DNA of 64,000 bases from Octopus sinensis (taxonomy: Eukaryota), in the NCBI RefSeq assembly GCF_006345805.1, contig NC_042998.1:161510001-161574000 (forward strand), in the 5' to 3' direction. Under the pieces are notes generated by a model. It ran no database searches and had not been told where the DNA came from. It saw only the letters and a program-made list of their open reading frames with translations. The position numbers were made by a program, and so were the translations under genes. Positions 13,198 through 26,500 of the stretch are shown piece by piece. Numbering within the stretch: position 1 is the first letter of the stretch; the number at the start of each line of letters is the position of its first letter.

Positions 13198-13238
13198 GTC
13201 TTTTACATTTCGAGCCTATGCTCTTCAACAGAAAAGAG
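13198..13238 (-). ncRNA. Degenerate minimal hammerhead-like motif in a PLE-type repeat
   Basis: Minus strand TCTTTT-CTGTTGA-a-GAGC-ATAG-GCTC-GAAA-TG-T-A-AAAGA; core A6 and the CG of stem III deviate from consensus. Confidence 0.4.
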
Positions 13239-13945
13239 CACAGATATAAACAGAGAGAAAAAAAAAAAAAAGGTTTGTTGGCTAGCGATCAATATATATA
13301 TACACATATATGTATATATATTTCATTCTCATGCTCTCCATCTCTGCATTTCTATCTTTCTAGATTTGTCGTCTTTTCCCTGCTTCTCCAACTGGGGTAT
13401 CATTATATCCCTTTATTATTCTTTTTGCCTCTTATCAATTGGCACAAAGCCACTTCCTCAATGTTACTCACTTAAATCAAGGGGGACTTTGTCATGCAAG
13501 TTGCTTTTTGACCCCACCAGTGCTGTTTTCATGGTAAAAAGCTCTAAGTACACTCTGTAAAATGGTTGGCATTTGGCATCTACTTATAGGAACCATCCCC
13601 AGAACAAACAATAGAAGTGGCACAATTCCTTTAGTTTGCTTGCACTTCTCATACCATCCAACCCATGCCAGCATGGAAAACAGACGTTAAATGATGATGA
13701 TATCTATCTAATATATATACATACATGTATGTATGTATGTATGTATGTATGTATGTATGTATGTATGTATGTATGTATGTATGTATATTACTGTGCTAAT
13801 TGTTCAGTTGTGAAGTATTGCATACTGTTTGGTGTCCCTGAAGTTGAAGTTGAGTTAAGTTTTGATTTTATTTGTCGATAATAATGCAAATAATAAAAAT
13901 AGCAAAAAAGCTAGTTATTCTCATTTTACATTGAATCAAACATAC

Positions 13946-14061
13946 CTCCACTGATGTTCAGAGAAAATAATTGTTTTTCTGATAAGACAGACAAGACAAT
14001 GGCAATTTGAAAGACTATTAAAAGAAAAAAATGGAGGGTGATCCTTACAAAATTGCTGTTC
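13946..14061 (-). CDS. Candidate host-gene exon encoding a hydrophobic (TM/signal-like) segment
   Basis: ttttaacag|G..GAG|gtatgt; open frame NSNFVRITLHFFLLIVFQIAIVLSVLSEKQLFSLNISG (phase 2 to phase 1). Could be chance in A-rich antisense DNA. Confidence 0.25.
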
Positions 14062-15224
14062 CTGTTAAAATCAACTACAGTAAATTTTAACTAATTTTTC
14101 TCAAATCTCACTCTTCCATCTTACAGGAGTACAAATTGAATAAAGTGGTTTTAGAGTATGTCTTAAAAGAAAGATGGTATCTCCGTTGCTGGAATACCTC
14201 TCATCAGATGTTGCTGTATCATAGATGTTCTAGTGATTGAAAAGAAGACAAAAAGAATGACAAGCACCAGTTGAGCACTGGGGATTGGTGTAATTGATTT
14301 ACTCTCTACCCCGAAATTGCTGGCCTTGTGCCAAAATTTGAAATTATTATTATTGCTGTTGTTATTAAGGTGGCGAGCTGGCAGAATCGTTAACTGTACT
14401 GGGAACAATGCTTAGTGGCATTTCTTCTGACTCCTCATTCTGAATTCAAATGCCACATGGGTTGAGTTTGCCTTTCATCCTTTTAGAATCAATAAAATAA
14501 GTACCAATTGAACCCTGGGTTTGATGTAATTGACTTACTAACTCCCACAAGATTGCTGGCCTTGTGCCAGAATTTGCTACAATTATTATTATTGAGTTGA
14601 CGTATAGGCATAGGAGTGGCTGTGTGGTAAGTAGCTTGCTTGCAAACCACATGGTTCTGGGTTCAGTCCCACTGTGTGACACCTTGGGCAAGTGTCTTCT
14701 ACTACAGCCTCAGGCCAACCAAAGCCTTGTGAGTGGATTTGGTAGATGGAACATGAAAGAAGCCTGTCGTATATATGTATATGTATATATGTGTGTGTGT
14801 ATGTTTGTGTGTGTGTTTGTGTGTCTGTGTTTGTCCCCCAACATCACTTGACAACCGATGCTGGTGTGTTTATGTCCCTGTAACTTAGCAGTTCGGCAAA
14901 AGAGACTGATAGAATAAGTACTGCCTTTAATCGATTTGCTCGATTAAAGGCAGTGCTCCAGCATGGCCACAGTCAAATGACTGAAACAAGTATAAGAGTA
15001 AAAGAGTAAAGAGAGAGTTGGCAGAATCATTAGCATGCTGGACAAAATGCTTAGCAGCCTTTCATTTGTCTTTACGTTCTGAGTTCAAATTCATCTAAGA
15101 CTGACTTGCCTTTCATCATTTTGGGGTTTATAAAATAAGTACCAGTTGAGCACTGGGATTGATGTAATTGATTAGCCACTTCCACCAAATCATCATTATC
15201 GCATTAATCAGCTGGGATGCTATC

Positions 15225-15575
15225 TTGAGGTTTGGTGACAAGTCTCCTCAAACCTCAAGAATCCTTCTTAGGATTCTTATAAATGCTACTTTTCTGCAGA
15301 CCAACAATGTGAGTCTCTGTTCCAATATCTTTCAGTCTTTTATATAGTATTTTGGATTTTGTGCCTAGTTCACCAATTATCATAGGAATAATTGTTGTCT
15401 TAGTCTTCCTAAGTCTCTTCAATTCTCTGGCTACATTCTAACATTTCTCAATTTTAAAAATTTCTCTGGTATTGACTCTGTTATCTCAGTGAGTTGCAAA
15501 GTCTATGACCTTATACTGTTTATTTTATCCCGTATAATCATATCTGGTCTTCTTGCCTCGATAGTAAGACCAGTC

Positions 15576-15578
<3 letters not shown>
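15225..15578 (-). mobile_element. Old R4-like REL LINE 3' fragment (family 2)
   Basis: Decayed KTGLTIEARRPDMIIRDK..(fs)ARELKRL..KTKTTIIPMIIGELGT..LQK..IRILRRILEV*; abuts (TTA)n at 15579. Confidence 0.65.
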
Positions 15579-15616
<38 letters not shown>

Positions 15617-15684
15617 TATTACTCTTATTATTATTATTATTATTATTATTGTTATTATATAAAAAAATAAAATAAATGCACCCT

Positions 15685-15917
15685 TTTCAAAGCCTAGCCA
15701 GGCTCATGGGCCTGGTTTCAATGGCGTATGTGTTCCCCAGCTGGACAGGATGCCTGTCCATCACAGGGTTACTCATTTTTGCCAGCTGAGTGGACTGGAG
15801 CAACAGGAAATGAAGTGTTTTTCTCAAGAACACAACACGTCGCCTGGTCCAGGAATTGAAACCACAATCTTATGATTATGATGCTGACACCCTAACCACT
15901 AAGCCACGTGTCTCCAC
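15685..15917 (-). mobile_element. tRNA-headed SINE family D
   Basis: Reverse complement of the 29878-30120(+) copy (GTGG.TTAGTGGTTAGGGTG..GTTGTGTTCTTGAG.AAAACACTT..GATGGAC.GG..TCCTGTCCAGCTGGGGAAC); related heads at about 22020, 33625, 6490. Confidence 0.8.
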
Positions 15918-15933
15918 TATTATTATTATTATT

Positions 15934-16029
15934 CAGTAGTTTTATTTTTATAGCGTGCTTTCACTTCACTACCGAGCGTAGCTCTGTGTGCCTTAGGTAT
16001 GTGCTGTGATTTGTTGTGATGCTCTGATG

Positions 16030-16035
<6 letters not shown>
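15934..16035 (-). mobile_element. 3'-UTR-only copy of the adjacent R4/Dong LINE, inside (TAA)n
   Basis: Nearly identical to 16378-16479; (TTA)n on both sides. Confidence 0.9.
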
Positions 16036-16065
<30 letters not shown>

Positions 16066-16074
16066 TCAGATATG

Positions 16075-16325
16075 CACAACAGGTTAGACTAAGTGTTCTA
16101 GCTGTCTCTAATAACACTAAACTAGGTTTTATACCTACTTCCTCTGTCTGTTCAAATCTTTAGGGATAGTTCCTAATGCACCTACAATTACAGGGATACA
16201 TTTTACTTATGTTTCCAATGTAACTCAATGGCTAGGTCCTGGTACTTTGCTATTTTCTCTATACTTCTCTTATTGACTTTCTCATCATTTGGGATTGTAA
16301 AGTTAATCACCTGGCACTTTCTATT
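16075..16325 (-). mobile_element. Old R4-like REL LINE 3' fragment (family 3)
   Basis: Decayed CQVINFTIPNDEKVNKRSIEKIAKYQDLAIEL..CIPVIVGALGTIPK..TARTL. Confidence 0.65.
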
Positions 16326-16377
16326 TGTTATTATTTTCATTATTATCATTATAATTCTCATTATTATTATTATTATT

Positions 16378-18802
16378 CAGTAGTTTTATTTTTATAGCGT
16401 GCTTTCACTTCACTACCGAGCGCAGCTCTGTGTGCCTTGGGTATGTGCTGTGATTTGTTGTGATGCTCTGATGGTTATTGTATGGAAAGTGTTCTGCGTA
16501 GGATGTGTGCAGTGCCTAGTAGTGCAATTTTCTGTATGTTATATGTGTTTGTAAGTCCTGGTGTTTTTGTTATGTATTTGTCTGAATATTTTTTTATCAT
16601 GCCTAATGCACCTACTATGATAGGAATTATTTCTGTTTTCAGGTTCCACATTCTAGTTACCTCTATTTCCAGGTCTTTGTATTTTGAGAGTTTCTCCATT
16701 TCTTTTAGAGACACGTTGTCATCTGCCGGTATTGATACATCAATTAGAAAGCATTTTTTTTCTTCATGATCTCTGACAACTATATCTGGTCTGTTGGCCT
16801 TAATTTCTCTATCTGTGTGTATCGGCATATCCCAGAGTATGGTTGCTTTCTCGTTTTCTGTGACCTTTTCTGGTGTGTGCCTATACCATCTTTTTTCTGT
16901 TGTTATTCCATAATGTTGGCATAGCTTCCAATGTATGTAGGTTCCAACTCTGTCATGTCTGTGAATATATTCCTTCTTAGCCAGGACTGGGCAGCTAGAG
17001 ATAATATGATTTATTGTTTCTTGTCCATCTCCACATATTCTGCAGTTACTTGTAATATTTCTTTTCATTACATGTTTTTGGTAATTTCTGGTGGGGAGGC
17101 TTTGGTCTTGTGCTGCAATTAAAAATCCCTCTGTTTCTGCTTTGAGTCCTGAGCTTCTCAACCATTGCTGGGATTTTTCTTTGTCTATTTCTTTTGCGTT
17201 TAGTTTAGTCCAGTATTTACCATGAAGGGGCTTTTCTTGCCATCGTTTTATCATGGCTCGTTGCTGTTCTATTTTAGTTTGGATTTCATTTGTTTTATAG
17301 CTTTTGTTGTTTCTTCATCATCTTCTTCTTCTTTGTGTTTATTAGGTGGTATGATTTCTTGTTTGTATTTGTCAGCTTCCTTAAATACTGAGAACAGTTT
17401 TTTGTTTTGCTCGTGTTTTGCTGCTATCTGGATCAGTTTTCCTTCCTTCTGAAGTAGGTATTTTTGCAGTCCTATGGTGGTTATTTTATAGTAGTTTTCC
17501 AGCTGTATAAGGCCTCTACCACCTTCTATACGTTGTATATATAGTCTTTCTATGTCAGATTTTGGGTGATGCATCCTAGATCCTGTCAGTATTTTTCTTG
17601 TTTTCCTATCTATTTTGGACAGTTCATTTCGTGTCCAGTTAAGGATATTGTAGCTGTAACTTATAACTGGGACAGCTAAAGTGTTGATACCTATTATCTT
17701 GTTTTTAGCATTGAGCTCTGTTTTTAGTATTGATCTAACTCGTCTATAATATTCTTTTTTTATTTTCTCTTTCATTTGTGTGTGTTGTGTCTTATCTAGT
17801 TCCTGGATTCCTAAGTATTTGTAAGTTTGGCTTTGGTCTAATTCTTTTATTTCATTGGTTTTATCTAGTGTGATGTTGTTACTCTTAACTAGTTTTCCTC
17901 TTTTCATAGTTACTTTGGCGCATTTTTCTAATCCAAATTTCATATCTATTTCTTTGGTAAATCCATGAACTGTCTTTAATAGTGTTTCCAGCTGTTTGTC
18001 ATTTGCAGCGTATAGTTTTAGGTCATCCATATATAAAAGGTGGCTGATCGTTTTGCCGTAACATTTATATCCGCATCCAGTTCTATTTAGCATATCAGAT
18101 AGAGGTGACAGTGCCAAGCAGAAAAGGAGTGGAGAGAGCGTGTCTCCCTGGAATATTCCTCTTCTAATGGGGATGTCTGGTTTTCATGAGTCCCTCTTTT
18201 GTTTGGAGGTGTAGGACTGTTTGCCATTTATTCATAGAGTGCTCTATGAATTTTATGATTGTTGGTGCTACTTTGTTAATGGCTAGTGTTTCGAGGATCC
18301 ATGTGTGGGGGATGCTATCAAACGCCTTTTTGTAGTCAATCCAGGCCATACTGAGGCCTTTCTTCTTTCTGTGGCTGTCTTCAGTTACGGCTTTATTAAT
18401 CATTAGTTGATCTTTACAGCCATATGAGCCTTTGCGGCATCCTTTCTGCTCTTCTGGGAACAGTTTGTTTTCGTCCAGGTGCTTGTTCAGCCTTTGCGAT
18501 ATCACTGCAGTAAATGCCTTGAACATAGTAGGGAGGCAGGTTATTGGTCTGTAGTTTTCTGGTTTTGTTGTTTCATTTGATTTGGGAATTAAGATGGTTT
18601 TCCCCTTCGTGAGCCATTCCGGCATTGTCTCTGGCTCTGCTAGTATGCTGTTAAAGTTTTCAGCCAGCTTTTTGTGCATTCCTGTTAGATATTTCAACCA
18701 GAAGTTGGGGATCTTGTCATGCCCAGGTGCCTTCCAGTTGCTTAGTTTTTGCAGTGCTTGGGTGACCTCTTCAGTTGTTATGGGGGTCCAAAGTTGTTCA
18801 GA

Positions 18803-18804
<2 letters not shown>
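16378..18804 (-). mobile_element. 5'-truncated R4/Dong-clade non-LTR retrotransposon (RT + CCHC + REL endonuclease), a few frameshifts
   Basis: ORFs 18916-18164, 18117-17269 and 17254-16475: WKAPGHD, NYRPITCLPTMFK, EQKG, WIDYKKAFDSIPH, (G)IFQGD.LSP, HLLYMDDLKLY, YKYLG, CRICGDGQETINHIISSC, RHDRV, RPDIVV..LIDVSIP..EKLSKYKDL; (TAA)n on both flanks. Confidence 0.95.
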
Positions 18805-18857
<53 letters not shown>

Positions 18858-20149
18858 GCTATGATTGAAGGTGACCAGCTGGCAGAATCATTAGCATGCC
18901 AGGCAAAATGCTTCACAGCATTTCATCCGTCTTCACATTCTGATTTCTAATTTTGCCAAGGTTGACTTTACTTTTCATCCTTTCAGAGTCAATAAATTAA
19001 GTATCAGTTGAACACTGTAATCAATTTACCCTGCAGCCACCACTCCACTCAGAAATTGCTGGTCTTGTGCCAAAATTTGGAATCATTATTATTATTATTA
19101 TTATTATATTTATTATTATTATTTTTATTCATTTCAAAATTTTTGTATCTCACCCCTGTGATAGAATAAGTTGTAGTTTGTGACCTCAACCATCCAAGAA
19201 CGTTCAAATGATCTTTGCCATTCCTTAAAAGCAGGCCAGTTGTTAGTATTCTATATGCTTCTGCAAGCCAATCTTTTCCATCCAACCTTTGAACTCCTTC
19301 CCCAACAACAATTAGTAAGGCTTCACTTTTTCTAAAACCCCACAATCTGCTTATCTCTCTCTTCAGTTCCTGATTTATATCTACCTTCTTGATCTTTCTT
19401 TCTTTCTTTCTTTCTTCAGGTCGAGTAGTTCATCCCATTCAAAAAGTCCCTGAATAAGGTGTATTTAAGGAAGCTGAATGAAACACCCATGTTTCCAGAG
19501 GTGAGTTATCCAAATCCCAAAGACTTCTCAACACATGATGCTCCCCAACTACTTCTGCTCATCATCAGAGATGCTCATATAGTCAGTCACTAAATGTCAT
19601 TCTCAAGTGGTTAGGGTTAAGCAACTGACAAGCAAATCTGTGGTATTGAGCAGAATATTTACTGTAGCCCATCCTTTAAACCAAGACAAACATGTACATG
19701 ATAACACTTCTAATAAATTAAGATCAGAGGCCATGAGAGCCAGTGTCTGGTATTGCATCTATCATTGTTATGGTGATGAGCTGGTAGAATTGTTAGCATA
19801 CTAGGCAAAATGTTTAGCAGTATGTCATCTGTCCTTACATTCTGAGTTCAAATTCCATTAAAGTCGGCTTTGCTTTTCATTCTTTTGGGGTCAATAAGAT
19901 ACTTACCAGTTGAGTACTGGGGTCGATGTAATCGACTTAACCCTTCCCCAAAAATTCCAGTCTTGTACCCTTAGTAGAAAGAATTATTATTATTATTATT
20001 GTTGTTGTTATTATCATTATTATTATTATTATTTCTCTTTATTACATGTTTTATTGGAGCTCTGGTTTCTTGCATGCATAGCAGGTTTATTACCTGCAGC
20101 CCACGCTACCATGCTATTGGTTTTTTCTAGCTATCTAATTATACTTACT

Positions 20150-20338
20150 TGATTATTCTGGCCATGCCAAGAAGGCAAACCTTTTGTAACAGTTTTACTG
20201 GGCACTCTATTTAAATTTCCTTTATTTTCCTCTTAATGCCTTCTGATACTGTTCCCAAGAACCCATCAATAATTGGCACTATCTTCACCTTCATTTTTCA
20301 TAGCCGGGCTATTTCGTACTTAAGAGGGTTGTATCTAT
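20150..20338 (-). mobile_element. Old R4-like REL LINE 3' fragment (family 4)
   Basis: DRYNPLKYEIARL*KMKVKIVPIIDGFLGTV..LLQKVCLLGMARIIK*; abuts (TTA)n at 20339. Confidence 0.65.
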
Positions 20339-20540
20339 CTTATTATTATTATTATTATTAATTTTACTTCAATGACAAAACAGAAGTTAAAACGGTAATA
20401 ATGTGAAAAGGTCAATGAAATAAGTATTAGATTATATAAGGTATTTGATTTTGTTAAATCAGTCCCAGTATACCTGATGTTTCTTTCTCTAAATTCAGCA
20501 TTTTAAATTTTAGTTTAATTTCATTTTTGATGACATGGGG

Positions 20541-20574
<34 letters not shown>

Positions 20575-22908
20575 AGAGTAATTAAAGCAACACAATCTGG
20601 AAATGTGTCATTTTACATTGCAAAAATACTAATATACTGGAGTTAAGTTAATTAACTATTCAACATTTGCTTCATCATCATTTAAAAAAAAATTTTAATT
20701 AAAAGGTTTTTGTTTTCTTTTATAATATGCCAAATTTTTCATTCTCATAAATTGAAAAGAAATACTTTACCTTGTTACCACATATATTAAGTCAAAATAT
20801 CAATAATCTTTTCATAAATACAAAATCCATAAAAAAAAATTAATTGTACATGATAAAGCCAATGCTATCTGGTATCTTAATCTCAATGAATCCAATGCTA
20901 AACTGAAAACTAATTATATTTATAGATGAAATAAAATGATAAAATCCTGAGATTTAAAATATGTCCATTGTCATTTTGGTACAAATAATCCCAGATTAGG
21001 AATAATCTCTAAATGCCACCACCCTAGCTGGATTAACAATGACAATTGATTACTTAGCCATTAAAATCTCTTTAAACAAATTATTCTATCGTTCTCTTGT
21101 GGTATTTATATAAATTCCCTTATTGTCATTTGAAATATTCAGTATTAAAACTTTTGCCAGTAAACCTGTCCTCAGCTTTTTGACTTTTAAATTAGTTCCT
21201 TGTTTTATGACTTTTAAATTAGTTTCTTGTTCCCAACATTCTTTCATTCTAGTCATCAGGAAATCATTTATCTTTGTCACTAAGTATCAATATATTTTTC
21301 TATTTACTTGGTTAAATGCAATTATTTATGCATCGACACATTACTTGTAAATTTACTTTAAAACTTTAACACAGGGGTGGTAATTGTAAATAGATATAAA
21401 TAACTAAGCAGAAGCAACAAATGCATTACTGTTGCCAGGGGATGAACTGGCAAAGAGAAACACTAGTTTCAATTATCGCCTGATTTACAGATGGAATTGG
21501 CCAACACCAGTATACCTGACACAATCATCATTGGTTATTGTCTGCTTTCACACAAAGTGACAACACTAAGATGTGCTTGTGACAGTTGTGAGATTTAACT
21601 TAGCTCTTAGTGCCAAATGTATTCTGCTGCAAGCATACCAATTATTAACTGACCTTACTATTAATGATGATTTTATTATAACAATTCTGCAAGAATTTTC
21701 TCCTCTCACCTTCAGGTGTTTTAGTACCTATGAGCAATGTCGTTAATTTTGATTCTTCTGACAGAATTACACATAAGAAACTGAGTTGGTGGTTATTTCA
21801 TTCCAGTCATTTTGACCTAAGAAATGTTGCTGGACATAACACTAGCTTGATAAAATTCTACAAGTTAAATAAGAACTGTAAACCAATATATGACCATAAA
21901 TGAAATACTAAAATTATGAAAAAGTTTTGTGAAGTTGATGAAAATGTTTATCTCATGCAGGTGTGATACACTGAGTCAATTATTGCATGTCTTTTTCAAA
22001 CCAGATATATCAATATGTGAAGGCATGTACCTTAGAGACTAGATATATTTGACCCTTGATAGTAAGGTTGGGGGGGGGTGATTCCTGGACTGGGTGGTGT
22101 ATTATACTTTGAGCAAAACACACCATTTCACATAGTTCCAGTCAGCTTTGATATTATGAGTTCAAATCATTTGCTGATACAGCTCTCTTCTACAAGTTGT
22201 CATGTGCTTGATGCTCCACTGGGTCAAAGGTGATGGATCAGAAAAGGTGTACACTTGTAACTACATAGGTGCTACAAAACAATTAGTGAAAGTGTGGTAT
22301 ATGTTAGATGTTACGTGAGACCAAACCATACTCACTTGCAAGTGACAGAAGGTTATGTTGCATTAGACTTTTAAACTTCAGAACAGCCAGTGCTTCAAAA
22401 TATTATACTCAATACTGCAAGGCACTGACTGTAACAGCAAACTACATTCTCATAACAACAATGGGTTAAAGACATAAGTGTTTACTCTACAGCCCTGCTT
22501 CTATTAACTTTTTCACATCCATCCACATGAAATACAAGAAATTGAAACACAACTGTAACAACATGTCCAGAAATGAATGGTGCAGTTGTGCATATGTTAA
22601 AAACAAGGAGATTTACATCAATGGTACTGGAAGTGATCTCAAATAATGAAGTGTTCTCATGTATGAGTACTAGGTAAAGAAGAACAGCAGTTATTCTCAA
22701 CTTGAGGTACAGGGACAATGGGAGATAAATAACATAACATTCAACAACATAACTATAACGGTGACATAAGCTTTTTTAACCCTCCTACTGGTAAGAAGGG
22801 CTTCAAAGTTTGGCCTAAGCCAGCATTTAAAACTGAGTCTGAAACACCAGCTTTGTCATAACTTTGAAGTCACTGTCAAAATTCTCTGTCTCCTTATGAT
22901 TATATATA

Positions 22909-22985
<77 letters not shown>

Positions 22986-23464
22986 ATGTATGTATGTTTG
23001 TATACATATATATATGCATGTACATAAATATACTATACACATACATATGCATACATATACTGTATATATAGAAGTGATTAGGTGATTATCTCAGTCAGTG
23101 TTACAATACAGCTGGCATTGTTTCAACTGTCTTTTAATCTGAAAGTTCCAAGGGTATAAGTCAAAGAGCTTAAGAAATGAAAGCATTAATGCAAAAGTCT
23201 ATGAAATAGGTAACTTATGAGTCAATGAAATACTTAGTAAATTAAATACGTCGTTCAAAATATTGATTTCTAATAAGACGCAAATCATTATGCAAATAGA
23301 ATTCAGTGTCATACTCCGATGACATAATATGTCAGCATCGGGTATGAAACTTCAACCCCATTATACACTGACCATTACACATTACTATACATAGCTATGT
23401 ATGTTATTGATTAGGTGGTTCATTATGTCACATCACATAAATACAAGTAGGCTTATTATTATTA

Positions 23465-24135
23465 TTTAGGGTTGTCGGAATCGTTAGAGCATTGGATTAA
23501 AAATGCCTCATGACATTTCTTCTGTCTCTTTACATTCTGAGTTCAAATCCCAGCAAGGTCAACTTTGTATTTCATAATTTTGGGGTCGATAATCAAAGTG
23601 CCAGTTGAACATTGGAATTGTTGTAATTGCCTAACCCAATCCCCATAAAACCGGTTGCCTTTTGTCAAGATTTGAAATAATTGTTATTATCATGGCAGTG
23701 AGCTGGCAGAATCATTAGCATGTTGGAGAGAATGCTTAATAGTATTTCTTTTGACTCTTTATGGTCTGAGTTCAAATTCTGTTGAGGTCAACTTTGCCAT
23801 TCATCCTCTCAGGGTTGATAAAATTAGCACTAATCGAAGATTGGGATCAATATAATTGATTGCTCCCCTTCCTTTAAAACTGTTGTAGTTGTACCAAAAT
23901 TTGAAGCCCTGGCCATATGTATTATTGGAGTTCCTAAGACAGCAAGCTGGAAGAATTGTTAACACAAAATACTTAGTGGTATTTCGTTTGTCTTTACGTT
24001 CTGTATTCAAATTCCACTGAGGTCAACTTTGCCTTTCATCCTTTCCATATCAGTTGAGTACTGAGGTTGATGTAATCGACTTATGCGTCCCCCCAAAATT
24101 GCTGGCCTTGTACCAAAATTCGAAATCATTATTAT
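23465..24135 (+). mobile_element. Three head-to-tail SINE family B copies joined by (ATT)n
   Basis: Repeated GAATC.TTAG..TTCTGAGTTCAAAT..GGTCAACTTTG..TTCAT..C(C/T)AAAATTTGAA..(ATT)n units. Confidence 0.8.
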
Positions 24136-25651
24136 TGGAGTTCCTGCAATGGATTTATCCTATGTAACTTTTGAAAAAAATTAATGAATTAGTTTTACAT
24201 TTTTATGCATTGCGCCTTCTGCATTTGTTACATAGAAAAGTGACAAGTTTATTTTTGTGTTTTTCCTTCCCTCTGGTTAACAAGGAAAAATACATTTAAA
24301 AACATTTTGCCAGCAGGTAATGTAGAATAAATTCATAAACATAGCATCCATTGAGATGGTAGAGGGATATACTTCCAAAAGACTAAAAGTTATCAAAATG
24401 GAAGATAAACAAAAAAACCATTGAATAAGCTGACACACATTTGCACTTTTGAAACAAAATTTAAGAATCCTCATGTAACCAAAGCTCATAAATCCCTAGT
24501 GATTTATAAACATTTTATCCATATTTATTTTTACTGCCTCCACAAGAACTCCTGCTCAATTTGATGAACTAGAAGTATGTAATTCTCACTCAAGACAAAA
24601 GCTTTTTCTCCTTACAATATCACCACCACCACCACTATTTTCGATGCTGGCATGGGTTGGATTGTTTGACTGGAGCTGGCAAGCCAGAGAGCTATCTAGA
24701 CTACAATTGTCTGTTTAGGCATGGTTTCTATGGCTGGATGCCTTTCCTAATGCCAGCCACTTTACAGAGTGTAGTGGATGCTTTTTATGTGCTACTGACA
24801 AGGGTGAATTTTGTGTGGCACCAGCACAAGTGCACCTTACACAGCACCAGCACAAGTGCATTTGACATGGCATTGATATTAGTGCATTTTACATTGCACT
24901 GGCCCAACTGCACTTTATGTAGCGTTGGCATAAGAAAATCATCCCCTTTTTTTGTCACTAATCCTTCTTTTAGAACTGCAACTCCCTGGAATTCCTTTGT
25001 GGTTCATGAATACCTTAATAGCAGAAGAACGTTAACCTCATGGATCTCATAAATCCTAGGAGGGCCTGCAAAAGGCTATGAGCACTGTCCCTTCTCTTCG
25101 TATTAAAATTTTTAAAACAGAGAAATTGTGTGGTCTGGTTGATGTATAAGATTGCATGTGAATGTATGAGACATGTAGCTAGACAGATAGTGAGGAATAT
25201 GGAAGTAACTAGCTAGATGAGAGATAGATTACAAGTGATCTACGGCTTAGAATAATTTACACCAATGTTGTATAGTTGTTAAATTTTAGGAAAGCTGAAC
25301 ATTTTTCTGTAGAAGTATTTAACCATGAATTATTGTAATTTTTTGACAAACTGACATACTGAATTCATGCCCTGTGTTTATCAACTCGAATAAAATGAAG
25401 TAAATTTAATCTTATCAGTTTGTTATTTTGCTAAAGATTTCATATCGAGTAATGCTGTGGTAGCCTGAAGTTGACTAATCTAAATTACTAAAATAGTATC
25501 CTTTAAAAAAATTGTCTATCTTCTTCAGTTTCTTATGGCTATAAAATAAAACATGGTGAACCATGTCTCATGTGATAAGATAATTTTCTTATTGATATTC
25601 ATATATATTACATAAACATGAACATTATATACATTGTGCGTGTGTGTGTGC

Positions 25652-25699
<48 letters not shown>

Positions 25700-25723
25700 T
25701 ATATGCTTGTATGTATGTATATA

Positions 25724-25767
<44 letters not shown>

Positions 25768-26059
25768 CATGTATATATTTCCATACACTGACACATATAT
25801 GTATATACACTACACAAACAACAGCATTCAAAAAGAAAAATAATAATTCTTATTAAAGCATTATCACAAATTCTGGAGTTATTTTTTCTTTCAGACAATT
25901 TATTTTTCTGGTTTCATCAGCAGAGTAGAATTTCTATGTCATTGAAACCCTCTCTGTGTTTTCACACTATTTCATTACAACTTGGCATCTTACTGGGTGA
26001 ATTAAATTTACTTGATCCAAAATTCTAATTTAGATGTCTGCATTCTTTTCTCTCCCTCC

Positions 26060-26064
26060 ATCAG

Positions 26065-26122
<58 letters not shown>

Positions 26123-26500
26123 CACACACACACATATATAAATACACATACACACACACACATATATAAATACACATACACACACACACATATATATATA
26201 TACATGCATACACATATACATACACATACATATATATACACACATACACACATATATATATATACACACATACACACATATATATATATACACATACACA
26301 TATATACATACACACATACATATATATATATATACACACATACACATATATATACACACATACATACATATATATACACACATACATATATACACACATA
26401 CATACACACATACATACACACACACATATATACATATACACACACGCACATATATATACACACATATGTATATTCATACATACATGTATATACATACATG
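26060..26500. repeat. About 440 bp compound (CT)n/(CA)n/(TA)n/(CATA)n array
   Basis: Directly visible; source of the long HTHIY/VCVY ORFs. Confidence 0.95.

Noticed and set aside
19420-19506. Apparent exon with strong acceptor and GAG|gtgagt donor
   Set aside because: Stops in all three frames, and the adjoining sequence recurs reversed at about 48880-48990, so it is a repeat.
21715-22655. Plus-strand open segments GVLVPMSNVVNFDSSDRITHKKLSWWLFH.. and PASINFFTSIHMKYKKLKHNCNN..; similar short candidates at 7280, 10479, 14126, 24285, 25290, 28127
   Set aside because: Several would each be terminal exons and cannot form one consistent gene; no homology recognised; opposite-strand frames are equally open. 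Left for RNA-seq.
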